A DNA stretch of 64,000 bases from NCBI RefSeq assembly GCF_009914755.1, contig NC_060928.1; one strand, written 5' to 3'. This document shows positions 25,296 to 37,136 of the stretch, piece after piece; the first letter of the stretch is position 1; every line of letters begins with the position of its first letter. A model generated the notes under the pieces. It was given only the letters and a program-made list of their open reading frames with translations. It was not told the origin of the DNA and did not search any database. Both the position numbers and the translations under genes were made by a program. The stretch comes from the human T2T-CHM13v2.0 reference genome, Homo sapiens.

Positions 25296-26499
25296 TTTTT
25301 AAATAGTGTTTCTCTATCAATTGCTTGTCCATGTAGTCATTGATTGTATTAAACACATTAGTCAAATGAGTTTTGATTTGTACACTCTTCTAAGGAAGTC
25401 AGACTCATTGTTTTTGTAGTTGGTAAGAACAAACTTTAAATTTCCTCCTTATAATAGCATTTTACATCCAGAAATTATAATTTATCTGGGAATACATTTC
25501 TTACATCATTCAGGGTTGATTCTCCCCCATACAAATTTTGGCTGAATTTTGTTTTCAGCAATGGGAGTCATAAAGAACCGTTCAAAGCTAGAGAGAACAG
25601 TAGCTTCAAGCTATAAAATAAATGAAAGATTATAGGGGATGAGGTGCATATATGTGTATGAAGTGTGTGTGTATGTATATGTATGTGTAGTATGTATAGT
25701 GTATATTCTGATGGTCTACTTTGGAACATAAAAACATCTTGTAAAGCATCTTTTTTGGACTAAACAAAATTTCATCACCTCTGCTGGAAAACTAGAATGT
25801 TACATCTTTTGCATATTCATTTAGGCTGTGATAAATTAGTTTTGGTTATTGTTACTTCATTATTTTTCATAATTCTCCTACCCTCAATTTATTCAATTCA
25901 ATCTCAGAGCTATAGCTTCTGGTACTTGACTATAAAATTATATATATGTCACAGAGGCAAAGAGATATTACCCACAAGGGCTTAAAAAATAGATCCTAAA
26001 CTTTAACACTTGTCAGAAGTATTAGCACTTATCAAATTGTGCATTGCTGTTTAAATAAGGCATTTGTGTCTGTGTCCCTGTAATATGAATGTTACTTGAC
26101 CCAGAAAACTATTCCTCCTGGAAAACATGTACAATATCTGCCAAAAAGGCACTTGGATACTTTGTTGTGACAAGACTTATTTCCTCTCTTGAGCAAGATT
26201 TGAAACCAGAGCCAGGAGCATTTGTACTGGTCAATAATTCCCAAACAAATTTTTGGATAAGACGTGAAGAATTAGCCTCAGCCTTAGCCCATTTCCATTT
26301 GGCTAATTTTCTTGCACCTGTTAAAATTGTTCTGCATGCTGAATGGCCTTTATACTCTCCAGATAGTTTGTCTCAGGCCACAGAATCAAGAGTCTATGCT
26401 TGATTAAAACATTGATATGTCCTGCCAGAGCGCTAGGCTTTGTTTTTCAGTGCACTTGGTGCAGAAACCGTAAACTGGACTGAATGCTTAGAGGTAAAA

Positions 26500-27080
26500 G
26501 GTGTGAATCTTTTGTTATAGGTGGGTGTTGCTCTAATAAAATAAAACTCTGAGTCTCTGGTATAACTCTACTTTATTCTTCTAATGGCTGCTGTAATAGG
26601 AATAAGTTACAAATGATGACAAATAATGGAAAGTTTGACCAAGAGTAGTATAAAAAGAGAAGGGTTTATTTTTCTTGCATGACCAGATATTGAGGGGTAG
26701 GCAGTCCAGGCTGACAGAAAAGACTCTGAAATCTCTTTCATTGTGTAATCCTAACATCTTGTCTTTCGTCCTCATGCTTTTCAGATCGTGGTCACCAGAT
26801 GGCTGTTGCCCTTCCAGGCTTCCAGCTCCTGTGTTCCAGACTGAAGAAGAGGAACAGAAAAAGGGTCAGACATCTTTCTCCTAGTGCAGCTTTGTTTGAT
26901 TAGGAAGAGAGAATTCCCCCTCACCGTCCCCCTTGAGATTTCTGCCAGCATCTCATTGACCTGAACTGTGACACCTAGCTATTTCTGTTTCACTCTCTAA
27001 CAAATGTAGAAAGTGTTAGTAAGGAAGACTGGAGTAGCATACTTAGAAATGGCAACAAGCAGTGCCTCCCAGAGCTGCAC
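26500..27080 (-). mobile_element. Old MaLR LTR (MLT1-like)
   Basis: CAGATGGCTGTTGCCCTTCCAGGC...CAGCATCTCATTGACCTGAACTGTGACAC...AGGAAGACTGG pattern of reverse-strand MLT1. Confidence 0.55.
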
Positions 27081-27194
27081 AGTATCCCAGTTTGTCAGAA
27101 TCTTCCATGTACTCCTTCAGGTCTACTCTCTGCCCTTCTCACTCTGTTCTCTACTCCGGAGGCTGATTTCCAGGGCTACATTCCACAGGCCACC

Positions 27195-27625
27195 AGGCTT
27201 TCCCAGGCCAAGTTCTTTAGAAATAGATCCTGACGTGGGTATTTGAGTACACATGATGTATTGAGAGAGTGCTCCCAGGAGCAACCTTCAGGGGAGTGAG
27301 GGAGGCAGACATGGAATGAAAAGGAACTATGGAAAAATGTGGTTTCAGGTGAAATCTAGCTTTGGCATGATCCCATGGAAAGTTCTGTAGTGTAAATTCT
27401 GATGCAGAGTCTTTTCCAACGTGGGACAAGGAAACAGGGACTTTGCAGCACCTCTCCAGTCAGTTCTGGGCCATTGGCCCCTAGATGGGGAAAGAATGTA
27501 TAATTCCCAGGCACCTCCAGGTAAGGCGACCTCAGTCACCTAAGGGCAAGCCTTCTGAGAAGGATGCAGGTGTAAGTCTATAGCAGAAGCACCTGCAGCA
27601 ACTGAGGAATTAGCACACCAACCAT
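27195..27625 (-). mobile_element. Old ERVL LTR (LTR33/LTR41/LTR16-like)
   Basis: GTTCTTTAGAAATAGATCCTGA...TTGAGAGAGTGCTCCCAGGAGCAACC...GGGGAGTGAGGGAGGCAG. Confidence 0.55.
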
Positions 27626-29031
27626 ATCATTGAGAGGGATCTCAGGGCTCTGGGTTGCATAACAACAGCTTCTATCTGTGCTTTCTGGCTTCCACTAACC
27701 TTGGCCAATGGAGAGCTAGAACAGGCCATGAAGGCATTTCCCTTAACTCGCTCCCTGCTGGGTTTCTTCCCAAGGATTCTTGGACATGAGAGGAAATGTC
27801 GTTTCATGAATGTTAAACTAATTTGACTTAACTTATAAAAGATATGAGGCATATCAGAATACTTGAGCTAAATAACAAAAGATCATCAAGTAAAGAGTAA
27901 ATCATGGTCTTTCATGGAAAAGAAAATTTATTAAGAATTTGTTCTATTCACAGTTATTGAATACAAAAAAACTCCAAGCAGATATAAGTTTGAGTATTTC
28001 ACTTTTTAAAAATTGATTTTTTAGTAAAAATCTGGAAAATAAATGTTTTCCTAAATCATAAAAAATTTCAAATAAACCGAGTAACAAACATGACATTATT
28101 TTAAAATATGTAGAAGTAAGAAGCACATGAAAACGTTTATATGAGTGTGAAGAGAAGAATCAGATACAAATTATTTGGGGATACCCCAAATAATTTCTCT
28201 ACAGACTATTTTCTTGACATCGTATATCAAGTGTATTCTTGAATTAAAGAGAAATTTGAAAAAGAAATAGCTGTATACTACATTTTATAATTTTCTTTAT
28301 AATATTCCAGTGTTTAAAAATTTTAAAGTCAAACTTAAATACTCTGTGAACCTAGTTATTGCTTTAAGAGGAGGTGAAATTGCTGCATAGGTGATAGTGA
28401 CTCATACGATACATTTAAAATGTTTTGCAATAAATTCTATGATAATCATGCATCCAATTCTACCCTATTGCAATGAATAAACATAATTTGTAAAATTCAT
28501 GGTTAATTTCGGAATATAATGAATGTTTTTAAAATGTCATTAAAAAATCCCAAGTGTTACTTTGCTAACAAAATGAAGTTTCTCTAAATGAAAACTTATT
28601 AAAACAAACCATCAAAGAGCTACAATGTTCCAAGAAAGAATGGTTAATCTGTAATTGCTGTAAATATTGCCAAATTATGTGAAAAGAGTGATTACAACTA
28701 CATAATTGGTGATTTTGCTGAAATGAAGGTAAACATAAATTTATTAAAAATATGTATTTGTGAATTATGTATCTTCATTTTATTATCTGTTAGAGCACAG
28801 CAGGCCTAAAGAGAACATTCAGAAAAGCACAATAATAATTAAATTAAGCTCTCTTGTTATTTTACTGGCTTGCAGTCATATAAAAATACACAGCTTTATG
28901 CATACATATGCATTTGTATATACATTGATCTTGTTGCTATTAAGGTATATGTATCAAGATAAGAGAACAGGACATGTTTTATTTATGAGTTATTTGCCTT
29001 ATTTACAACCTTTAAACATTAGACATGTCTT

Positions 29032-29399
29032 CCATGGAATACTATGCAGCCATAAAAAGGGATGAGTTCATGTACTTTGTAGGGACATGGATGAAGCTGG
29101 AAACCATCATTCTCAGCAAGCTATTGCAAGGACAGAAAACCAAACACCGCATGTTCTCACTTACAGGTTGGAATTGAACAATGAGAACACTTGGACACAG
29201 GATGGGGAACATCACACACTGGGGCCTGTCGTGGGCTGGGGGGAGGAGGGAGGGATAACATTAGAAGATACACCTAATGTAAATGACGAGTTAATGGGTG
29301 CAGCACACCAACATGGCACATGTATACATATATAACAAACCTGCACGTTGTGCACATGTACCCTAGAACTTAAAGTATAATAATAATTGAAAAAAAAAA
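29032..29399 (+). mobile_element. 5'-truncated L1PA (about PA4-PA6): ORF2 end, 3' UTR and A tail
   Basis: CCATGGAATACTATGCAGCCATAAAAA...CCTGCACGTTGTGCACATGTACCCTAGAACTTAAAGTATAATAA closely matches the L1PA 3' end. Confidence 0.95.
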
Positions 29400-29728
29400 G
29401 GACAAAGAAAGACATCTATGTCAGGCAGCCCGCATAAGAGATGACTCTGCTATGCGATTGCATGTCCACAATCATCTTGGGAACCATGGCCGAGGTGAAA
29501 CCAATGTCAGCCAAGGACAGGTTGAAGAGGAAGAAGTATATGGGGGTGTGGAGGTGGGAGTCAGAGCTGACAGCCAGGATGATGAGCAGGTTCCCCAGCA
29601 CTGTGACCAGGTAAATGGACAAGGACAGCCAAGCGAGGACAGGCTGCAGTTCTGGATCCTCTGAGAGTCCCAGGAGAAGGAATTCTGAGACACCTGTGAG
29701 ATTCTGTGGTTCTGTGTGACTTGGACAC
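29400..29728 (-). pseudogene. Olfactory receptor family 7 subfamily E (OR7E) pseudogene fragment, N-terminus to start of TM3
   Basis: Translation [28 protein letters not shown]...[65 protein letters not shown] has OR motifs GN, LHTPxYFFL and PKM; in-frame stop; truncated by L1; preceded by a polypyrimidine/AG acceptor at 29730-29729. Specific locus symbol not determined. Confidence 0.93.
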
Positions 29729-31109
29729 CTTGAGAAGAAAAGAGGATTGGAAAAAATAAAAAATAAAAACCAGCCCTTAATGCTGTGTGTATATTTTGGA
29801 TACAAGCAATTCACAAGGAACATTTTCACACTTGAGGACCATCCACCATCAGCAATATTTCTCAGTTGTGACAAACCCAAAAATCTCACAATGATTACAT
29901 GATTTACACTTTTGCTATTCAACTCTTTCTGTACATACCTACTTTAGATAAAATCCACTGAAGAATGTTAGAAGACCAAAACGTAACATGTAACAAATCC
30001 ATGATCTCAGTAAAATGTGGCCTACTCTTTTCAGAAAAAATAAAATATAATAAAAAATTAGATGTGTCTTATGTGATTTTCCATTTGTTGTTTTGTTCCA
30101 GTCCCCCAAATGAGAGCACCTGCCTCTTTATATTTTCAAGAAAAATTGTAAATACTTATCCCCTGAGGACATTTTGTGTGGTTTTAGCCATTTCAGAAAA
30201 TTTTATGTTCAGTCCACAGTGATTTAAAGATTTTTGGTTTAGGACTTAAAGTTGTTAACTTTCCTCTATTTGAAAAGTATAAATCATGGAAATAATACTA
30301 TATAGATTCAGAACAAAGACTTTAAAGACAAATCTGGGTTTAAAAGTTGATCTCATCAATATTATCTAAGAAGATGTGGGCAAGTTAATTAATGTTTTTT
30401 GACTTTAATTCCAGTTCTAAATTCAAGACAATTTAATTACTTCATTGGGTTTTTGCCTTTAGCTCAGTAAATAGTTGTATGATGACTGTTATTAATGTCA
30501 TGTCAGCAAGGCACGTGGCTGGACAGCACACACATCAGACTTGCTGGAGCAGCATTCTAAGATGGGACTCTGGTTGTCTATGCATTCTCAGGCAGACACA
30601 GAGGACTAGTCGAGCCAGACTTCCAACCCTGGAAGAAAGACTAGTCCCTCTGTTTGGGGAAGTTCTTAAGCAGGAAAATTACAGAACCCTCCATCAATTC
30701 CCTGGCTTGAGCAGGGACTGGGATGCAATAGCAGTATGATTGTGGAGGAATCTTGTCTCCAGCCTCATCTTTCTAGCAAGTGAGTGCACATGTTCGGAGG
30801 ATGGAGCACCAGCCTCCTCAACACTATGCAATCAGGGGGCTGCAGTCCCAGGCGCACAGTGGAGCTGAATGACAAGGGAAGCTTGCTGCAGGGTTTGCCA
30901 CTTCCGCATTTATGTTGCGGGAAGCTCTATCTCCTCCTCTGGTGTGACGAGGAGGATGATGGTCCCAGGATTTGCTGGACCAAGACCTGTTTCCTCAAGG
31001 ACAGGGCAGTAGTAAATTTTTTAGGAGATTTGTAGGGGATCAGCTTCTTTTCTGAGAGGCCAGCTTGCTGGGGACCAGTCTTGGACAAGTGAACTTTTAT
31101 TATTCAAAT

Positions 31110-31622
31110 ATTATTGGATATATACCCAAAGGAAAACAAATCATTCTACCACAAAAACTTACATACCCGTATGTTCATCACTGCACTATTCATGATAGCA
31201 AAGACATGGAAACATACGTGCCCGTCAATGGTGAATTGGAAAAAGAAAATGTGGCACATATACACCGTGAAATACCATGCAGCTATATAAAAGAATGAAG
31301 TCATATCCTTTGCAGCAACATGGATGCAGCTGGAGGTCATTATCCTAAGTGAACTAATCCAGAAACAAAAACCAAATACTGCATGTTCTCACTTACAAGT
31401 GGTTGCTAAACATTGAGTACACATGGACTTAAAGATAGACACTGTGGCCTACAAATCGGGGAAGGATGGGAAAAGAGAAAGGTTTGAAAAACTACCTATT
31501 GAGTATTGTGCTTGATATGTGGGTGACACGTTCAGTTGTAACCCAAGCCTCAGCATCATGCAGTATACCTTTGAAACAAACCTACCCATGTACCACCAAA
31601 CCTAAAATAAAAGTTGGAAAAA
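31110..31622 (+). mobile_element. 5'-truncated old L1 (L1PA13-16/L1PB-like) 3' end
   Basis: ATATACCCAAAGGAAAACAAATCATTCTACC...CAACATGGATGCAGCTGGAGGTCATTATCCTAAG...CCTAAAATAAAAGTTGGAAA. Confidence 0.9.
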
Positions 31623-31623
31623 A

Positions 31624-31728
31624 TATTTAATATGTGTATATAATTTTTATGTGTATATATAATATGTGTATTTAGTATGTGTATATAATTTATATGTGTA
31701 TATTTAATATGTGTATATAATTTTAATT
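31624..31728. repeat. AT-rich minisatellite with core TATGTGTAT
   Basis: Six copies of TATGTGTAT with variable A/T spacers. Confidence 0.85.
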
Positions 31729-33556
31729 ATGATAAAATCAGTTATATTTTCATTGACTACTGCTTCCATTTTGGACTAACTAAGCTTGAATAGTAGTTCA
31801 CTTATAATCTTCTATGTAAGTGTGTATGTGGAAGAAGCTTGTTTAATATAGAGCTACATTTTATTCTAATCTATAAGAGATCTTTAAAAGCAAAATCCAG
31901 TTTGTAAGTACATGTATTTTTAATGACAAGGGAAAAGAGGTCACAAATAATTACAATTAAAAATGTCAATATAAAGAAAGGAAGGTGGTAAAATGTTTTG
32001 GTATAAGAATTTATGACTGAATAAAGAATTATCCTAAAAAGCTGATTTTGAGATAGGCAAATGATCTGATCATGACTTTCACTTTATTATTCTCTCTCTA
32101 TGTGAGAACTCTGTACAACAAATTTATCATGCAGACAAATGCAAAAAAAAATCACTTAAGTAGCTGATCTTTCAAGTGCCAAAATTCCACCCCAAATTGC
32201 AGATATAAACCCTTGCCAACAAGAGTTTATTTTTAAGACTCGGACAGTCTGTTCACTGTGGCAATTCTAGCAGGCTCCATCAAACCACTAATGACATAGA
32301 AGAGAAATGAGAAAGAATCGACTTGGAGTAACTTAATGATACTACATTTTAAACCAATGTCAAGCATGCACTGTTCCCTTAGAGATATTAATAAAGTTGG
32401 TTGAAGAATATATGTGCTCTAGTTCTATGAGACTCCAAAAGAGATTCCTATTGCTAATTTTTTCCTTTAGCATGTGAAATTGTTAGTCAGCATGCTCTTG
32501 CAAGGACAAAAGTTAGATTTTTGTTGTAGGATACTCAGTTTTCTTCCTCCCCCGAAAATGTTAATTTTAGTGCTTCAAGGAATATAGAATTAAGGTTGGT
32601 AATTTGCTTCTTTATGAGACTTGGGTGCATGGTCTCACAGCCTGTCATAGATCAGGGGAATAGATCAGGGGAATTCTCTTATCCTTGCCACAATTGAATG
32701 TTATTCCTGGAGCAATACAGTCTCCCCTTGGGCAAGGCAGAACTGATTTGACATTATCTTGGAATAATCAGTTTTATACATCCAAACATAATGTTTGCTC
32801 CCTTCGTCTGTTTTAGTCTACTGCAAAAGTCTGGGGGATTCTGACAGTCTTGGATAGGTGAATACAAGCAGATTGACCAGGGGCTAGAACTTAACACTAT
32901 TCTTAATAATTTGTCATGACCCACATGTTTCCCTCCCAGCTTTTGTGTACTATCTTCTCACTGGCTCAAGGTTGCTTTATTCTATACAAGTTAAGGAATG
33001 TTGACATTTTGTCCTGTTTTTTTCAATTTAGAGTTTCTGATCCTGACCACTGTTGAGCTTTCCTACACCTCATAAGCTAAGTTTTTCCCTTTAAGCTCTG
33101 GCCCTGATTTTGACCCCACTACTCTAGTCTTGTCACTGCTCGTTTGTAATGACTATTCCCTGTTGAGCCACACAGACTGAACACCTCCATTGTGGGCTCT
33201 TATTATTTACAATATTTCAGTTTCTTATTCAGATAAGTTTTAGTAAGTTATAAAATGCTTACGAGAGTTAGGTAAATATAAAAGTAGGGAAGAAATGAGG
33301 CCCAGAAATTTTCTTCTTTTTCCCCCACAAACCCTTCTTACACTATCAGAAGTGGAGTAGGCTTAAGATCAAGAAAAGAATCCTACATGGTCTCTAAACA
33401 AATAATGTTTGGCAGCAAATAAATGCTAGAAATTTTTATTTCAATAATTATCGTTAAGCATAAAGTATACTTGTTTTAAAGCATAGGTAGGTATAACAGT
33501 TACTTTTCCTTCTTTATAATTAACCATTACATTCAAGTATATTCTACACTGAACAA

Positions 33557-34460
33557 TATTGTGGGATCTGGCCAGCAGCCCACAATGCAACGGGGCTCTC
33601 TCTTTGTTCCCAGGCAGATTGGCAGGTTGAGAAAAAATAGACACACACAAGATAATGAAAGCTGGGTCCAGGGGGGTCACCGCCTTCTGGTCCTGCGGTG
33701 CCAACAATGCACTGGATATACTAGCATTTATTATTAAGTTTAGTGAGGGCGGGGATAGGTTAGTGAGAGATTTAGGGTCATTTGATTATGAGGTGAGATG
33801 GTCACATGGGGATGAAGTAATTCTTTAACATAACATTTGTATGTAGAAGTACAGTACATTTGTATGTAGAAGTACAGTATACAGAGATAAGAATTTACAA
33901 TATAGTGTGTGCGTCAGTAATTTCTAACAGAGCCTTAAAACAGAAACACAATCTTTCCATAACCTATGATTAGCAAGATATTAATCAGCAGTAACAATTG
34001 CAACAAAAGCTCATTACAAACAATCCATGGAAACAGGACGTGAAGCTAGACAACCGGTTAGACCAGAAATTCTCAGAAGGGAGTATGCCTTAACCCTAAA
34101 GAGGCCTAGAAGAGCCGTGGCAAGATGAGGGCGTTTATAGCCCTATCTTATCCATATGGACAGGCGCCCCCTCCCCCAATGCATTCATTTATAGGCTCTC
34201 CACAAGGGTCACATTCCATTCCCAGAGCTATGAACATCTACTTTTCTGGGATAGGAATCTTGGTGATGTGAAACCTCCCTAACTGCAAGTCCATTCATAG
34301 GCTCTCTGCAGGGGGAAGCACATCACGTGCTGTTGGCTCGTTCTGGCAGCCCAACCTGGCATTGTCTTTACACAATCTTGCATGCAATTTTGTATTTAAC
34401 AATAATCAGGAGCATTTCATCTTTTATTCCGTAGCGATAGTTTCAGGGGGTCTCCCTACA
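33557..34460 (-). mobile_element. LTR13-like (HERV-K group) solo LTR
   Basis: Minus strand starts TGTAGGGAGACCCCCTGAAACTATCGCTACGGAATAAAAGATGAAATGCTCC and ends GCTGGCCAGATCCCACAATA; 6-bp TSD GAACAA / GAGCAA; CpGs partly retained. Family name from memory. Confidence 0.8.
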
Positions 34461-36954
34461 GAGCAAGAAGTCATTTCAAACAGTAGGTGCATGAGAGAGA
34501 AGAGACAAGTAAAAATGGGATAGGGAACAGTTACTTTCTAGTGTTATCTGTAGGTTAGCATGGAGCCACAGGCCCAAAGAGAGGCTTCTGAAAAACAACA
34601 ACAACAACAACAACAATGTGTTGCAAACACTTAAAGGAAATTTATATTATTCTGACAAAAGTCACCCATATTGAATTCCTAAAGAAATCTCAAACATGGT
34701 ACTACAAAAAAAAAAAAAAAAAAAAAAAGAGAAAACAGACTTTTCTACTTGAAATAGTAAATGAAAAAGAAAAAATGGATGAAAACCATATGAGAGGCTT
34801 AGGATTATATAATGGAAACAGACTAATTCTCTTGAGAATGGACAAGTTCCTATTAAAGATCAGTTTAAAGAATAATTCTGGGTGCATTACTATATCCACT
34901 ATGCCTTATATCAACACATAATATGGTGGCTAGTATATTAAAGTTTATTATGTGATTTTTCTTTTAACTTCTCAATTAATTTTAATAGTGACTATGTGAA
35001 CTTCACAATTCTGCCCCCCATTTTATTTTTTAGTTGACTAAAGTGAGACCCAGAGAGCTATCAATAAGTTAACCCTCAAACAGGCTTGTATTAAAAGCCA
35101 AAACTTGATCTCTTGACTATTGACTCTAGAACTTATGACTCATTCCTTTACCCTTTTTACTTCATCACAGCTACTTTATACAATATTGTCATGAACCATG
35201 AAAATTAGAAACGACCTTACAGATCTAAGTTGTCCAAACTTTCTTCCAAAGCAGGGTAACTCTGCAATTCTGCCAGTGGCCCTGCCCCAGGATTAGAATT
35301 ATTTTCATCCCATTGTTGAAGTGCTCTAAATCATTACAAGATTCTTTCATATAAGAAAGCAAAATTTTACATAGAGCATATCCTGGTAAACCAAGTAATA
35401 ACTAATATAGTCTAAACACAATGCCTTTAGGATTTGAATTTTTAAAATAGTCTTAAGGCTAACCTTAAGAATAGTTCTACTCTAGAACAAATAGAATTAT
35501 GGCAAAATTTCTTATCTGTGGTGAAATTGAATGAAAGACAGAGACACATCAAGACCAAGATTCAAATCTTAGCTTCACCCTATGTTAGTTCTGACTCAAT
35601 TTTGTTAATCTAAAGTGAGTATGATAACACCTTTTCCAGGGTTATTGTGAACATTGATTAATATATGTGCAAAGAGGACACTTTAGGAAACAACTATTCT
35701 TAGTCATGGCTAATGACTTTTACTCACAACAACCTTATACAATAGAACATGAATTTTCTAGTTAGGAACTATTGTTTCTCTAACCAATCTTTTGATGAAC
35801 TACCTCACAGTTTATTAGAATTCCAACAATTTATTTTTGTTTCTTGAGAAACTCAGAAAATACTTAAGAATGAAGTTAATGAAAGAATAAATAAATGGAT
35901 TAGTGGAAACCTACATATTTACTTGCATAGGAGAAGGTTTTCACTTGGTATATGCATTAAATACGTTTTCCCATCCCAAATGTTTTCATATTGGCATTCA
36001 GGAAAGGGAACATTTGAGGTATGGTACAGTGGCCTATTGCTGCAGGCTTATCATCTCTTTATTGTTGTTTTCCCTTTTCCACTCTAAGGTCTTCATACAC
36101 CCCTCTAAACAAGTGAAATTGCCTGCAAGTTAGTAAATGTGTGTGTTCTTGAGTGATTTTAAATTGAGAATCTTGGTAATTAAGGTTTGGGCATAGGAAG
36201 ACATTTAAGCATCACAATCATTCCATAATACTCCTATTTCAGTTTATTTTGTTCCCTTATGTCTTATTTTTTCCTAAAATAATAGGTCTAGTTGACTGTA
36301 TTTATGATATCTAATTATAATTCTATGTAGGCGAGGCAAACCTATGATGAGCTCACAATAAAAAAGTGTTCATTTTAAGCAAACAAATGAACTCTAATTG
36401 CTGCAACGTGTCCCTGGTTTATGAATGTCATTGACAACAGGATAGGCCAAAATTATACAATTTATATATTTGTGTGCCCTCATTAAAATCATGAGAAACA
36501 TTAATGTGTATAAATGGTAGAGATTTCCAAATCTAAAATTATGCTAAATATCCAATGTGGTCTAAATTGTGCAGATTGGAACTATGACATATACTTTTAC
36601 GACTCTGGAGGTCTAATTTATGAACATTGTTACAAGGTTTTTAATGGAGTGAAAATGAAGTCAAATTGAACTTCTTCCTGATGACATTAAAGCTCCAATC
36701 ACAACACATAGACTAATAAATGTTACTTTTTAGGTAGTGACTGTCCCATCAAAGCCTCTTTAATTTGAGTGAAATTGTAATAGGGAATGTTTTGGACACT
36801 AAAGAAAATCACAGTATACCAGCACTATATAGAACACGCATTTTGTTCAACATTTAAATTTTTAGCTTCTAGTTTATGCAAGGCGCTGTATTCATTGCTG
36901 GGCAATATACACAATGTAATGAGGCAAAGTTTGAAATTTAAGGGATTCGCAAAC

Positions 36955-37136
36955 TACTAAGGTGCCATCAGTTGTGAGAGGCACCATTATTTCATGTAAC
37001 ACAGAGTAGAAGAAAAACAAAACAAAACGCTGCCAAGTAATTATAAGGTATCACTATATTCACTGAAAGATGCATGTCAATTTCAAATATGTTTTAGTGT
37101 GAAAATCTATTTATCCTAGAATTCATGAAATATGGT
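36955..37136. mobile_element. Tc2/Kanga (MER104-like) DNA transposon fossil
   Basis: Terminus CCTAGAATTCATGAAATATGG and internal AAGATGCATGTCAATTTCAAATATGTT. Confidence 0.55.

Noticed and set aside
29416-29922. 168-aa ORF as a functional olfactory receptor
   Set aside because: Its first ~65 residues are translated intron from a non-ATG start; it stops in TM3 and the rest of the receptor is missing.
30630-30645. Resemblance of TGGAAGAAAGACTAGT to miR-7 (TGGAAGACTAGT)
   Set aside because: Interrupted by 4 extra bases and the rest of the miR-7 precursor does not match.
34706-34728. A23 run (and T20 at 40761-40779) as a retrocopy tail
   Set aside because: No adjacent retroelement body, poly-A signal or TSD found; treated as simple homopolymers.
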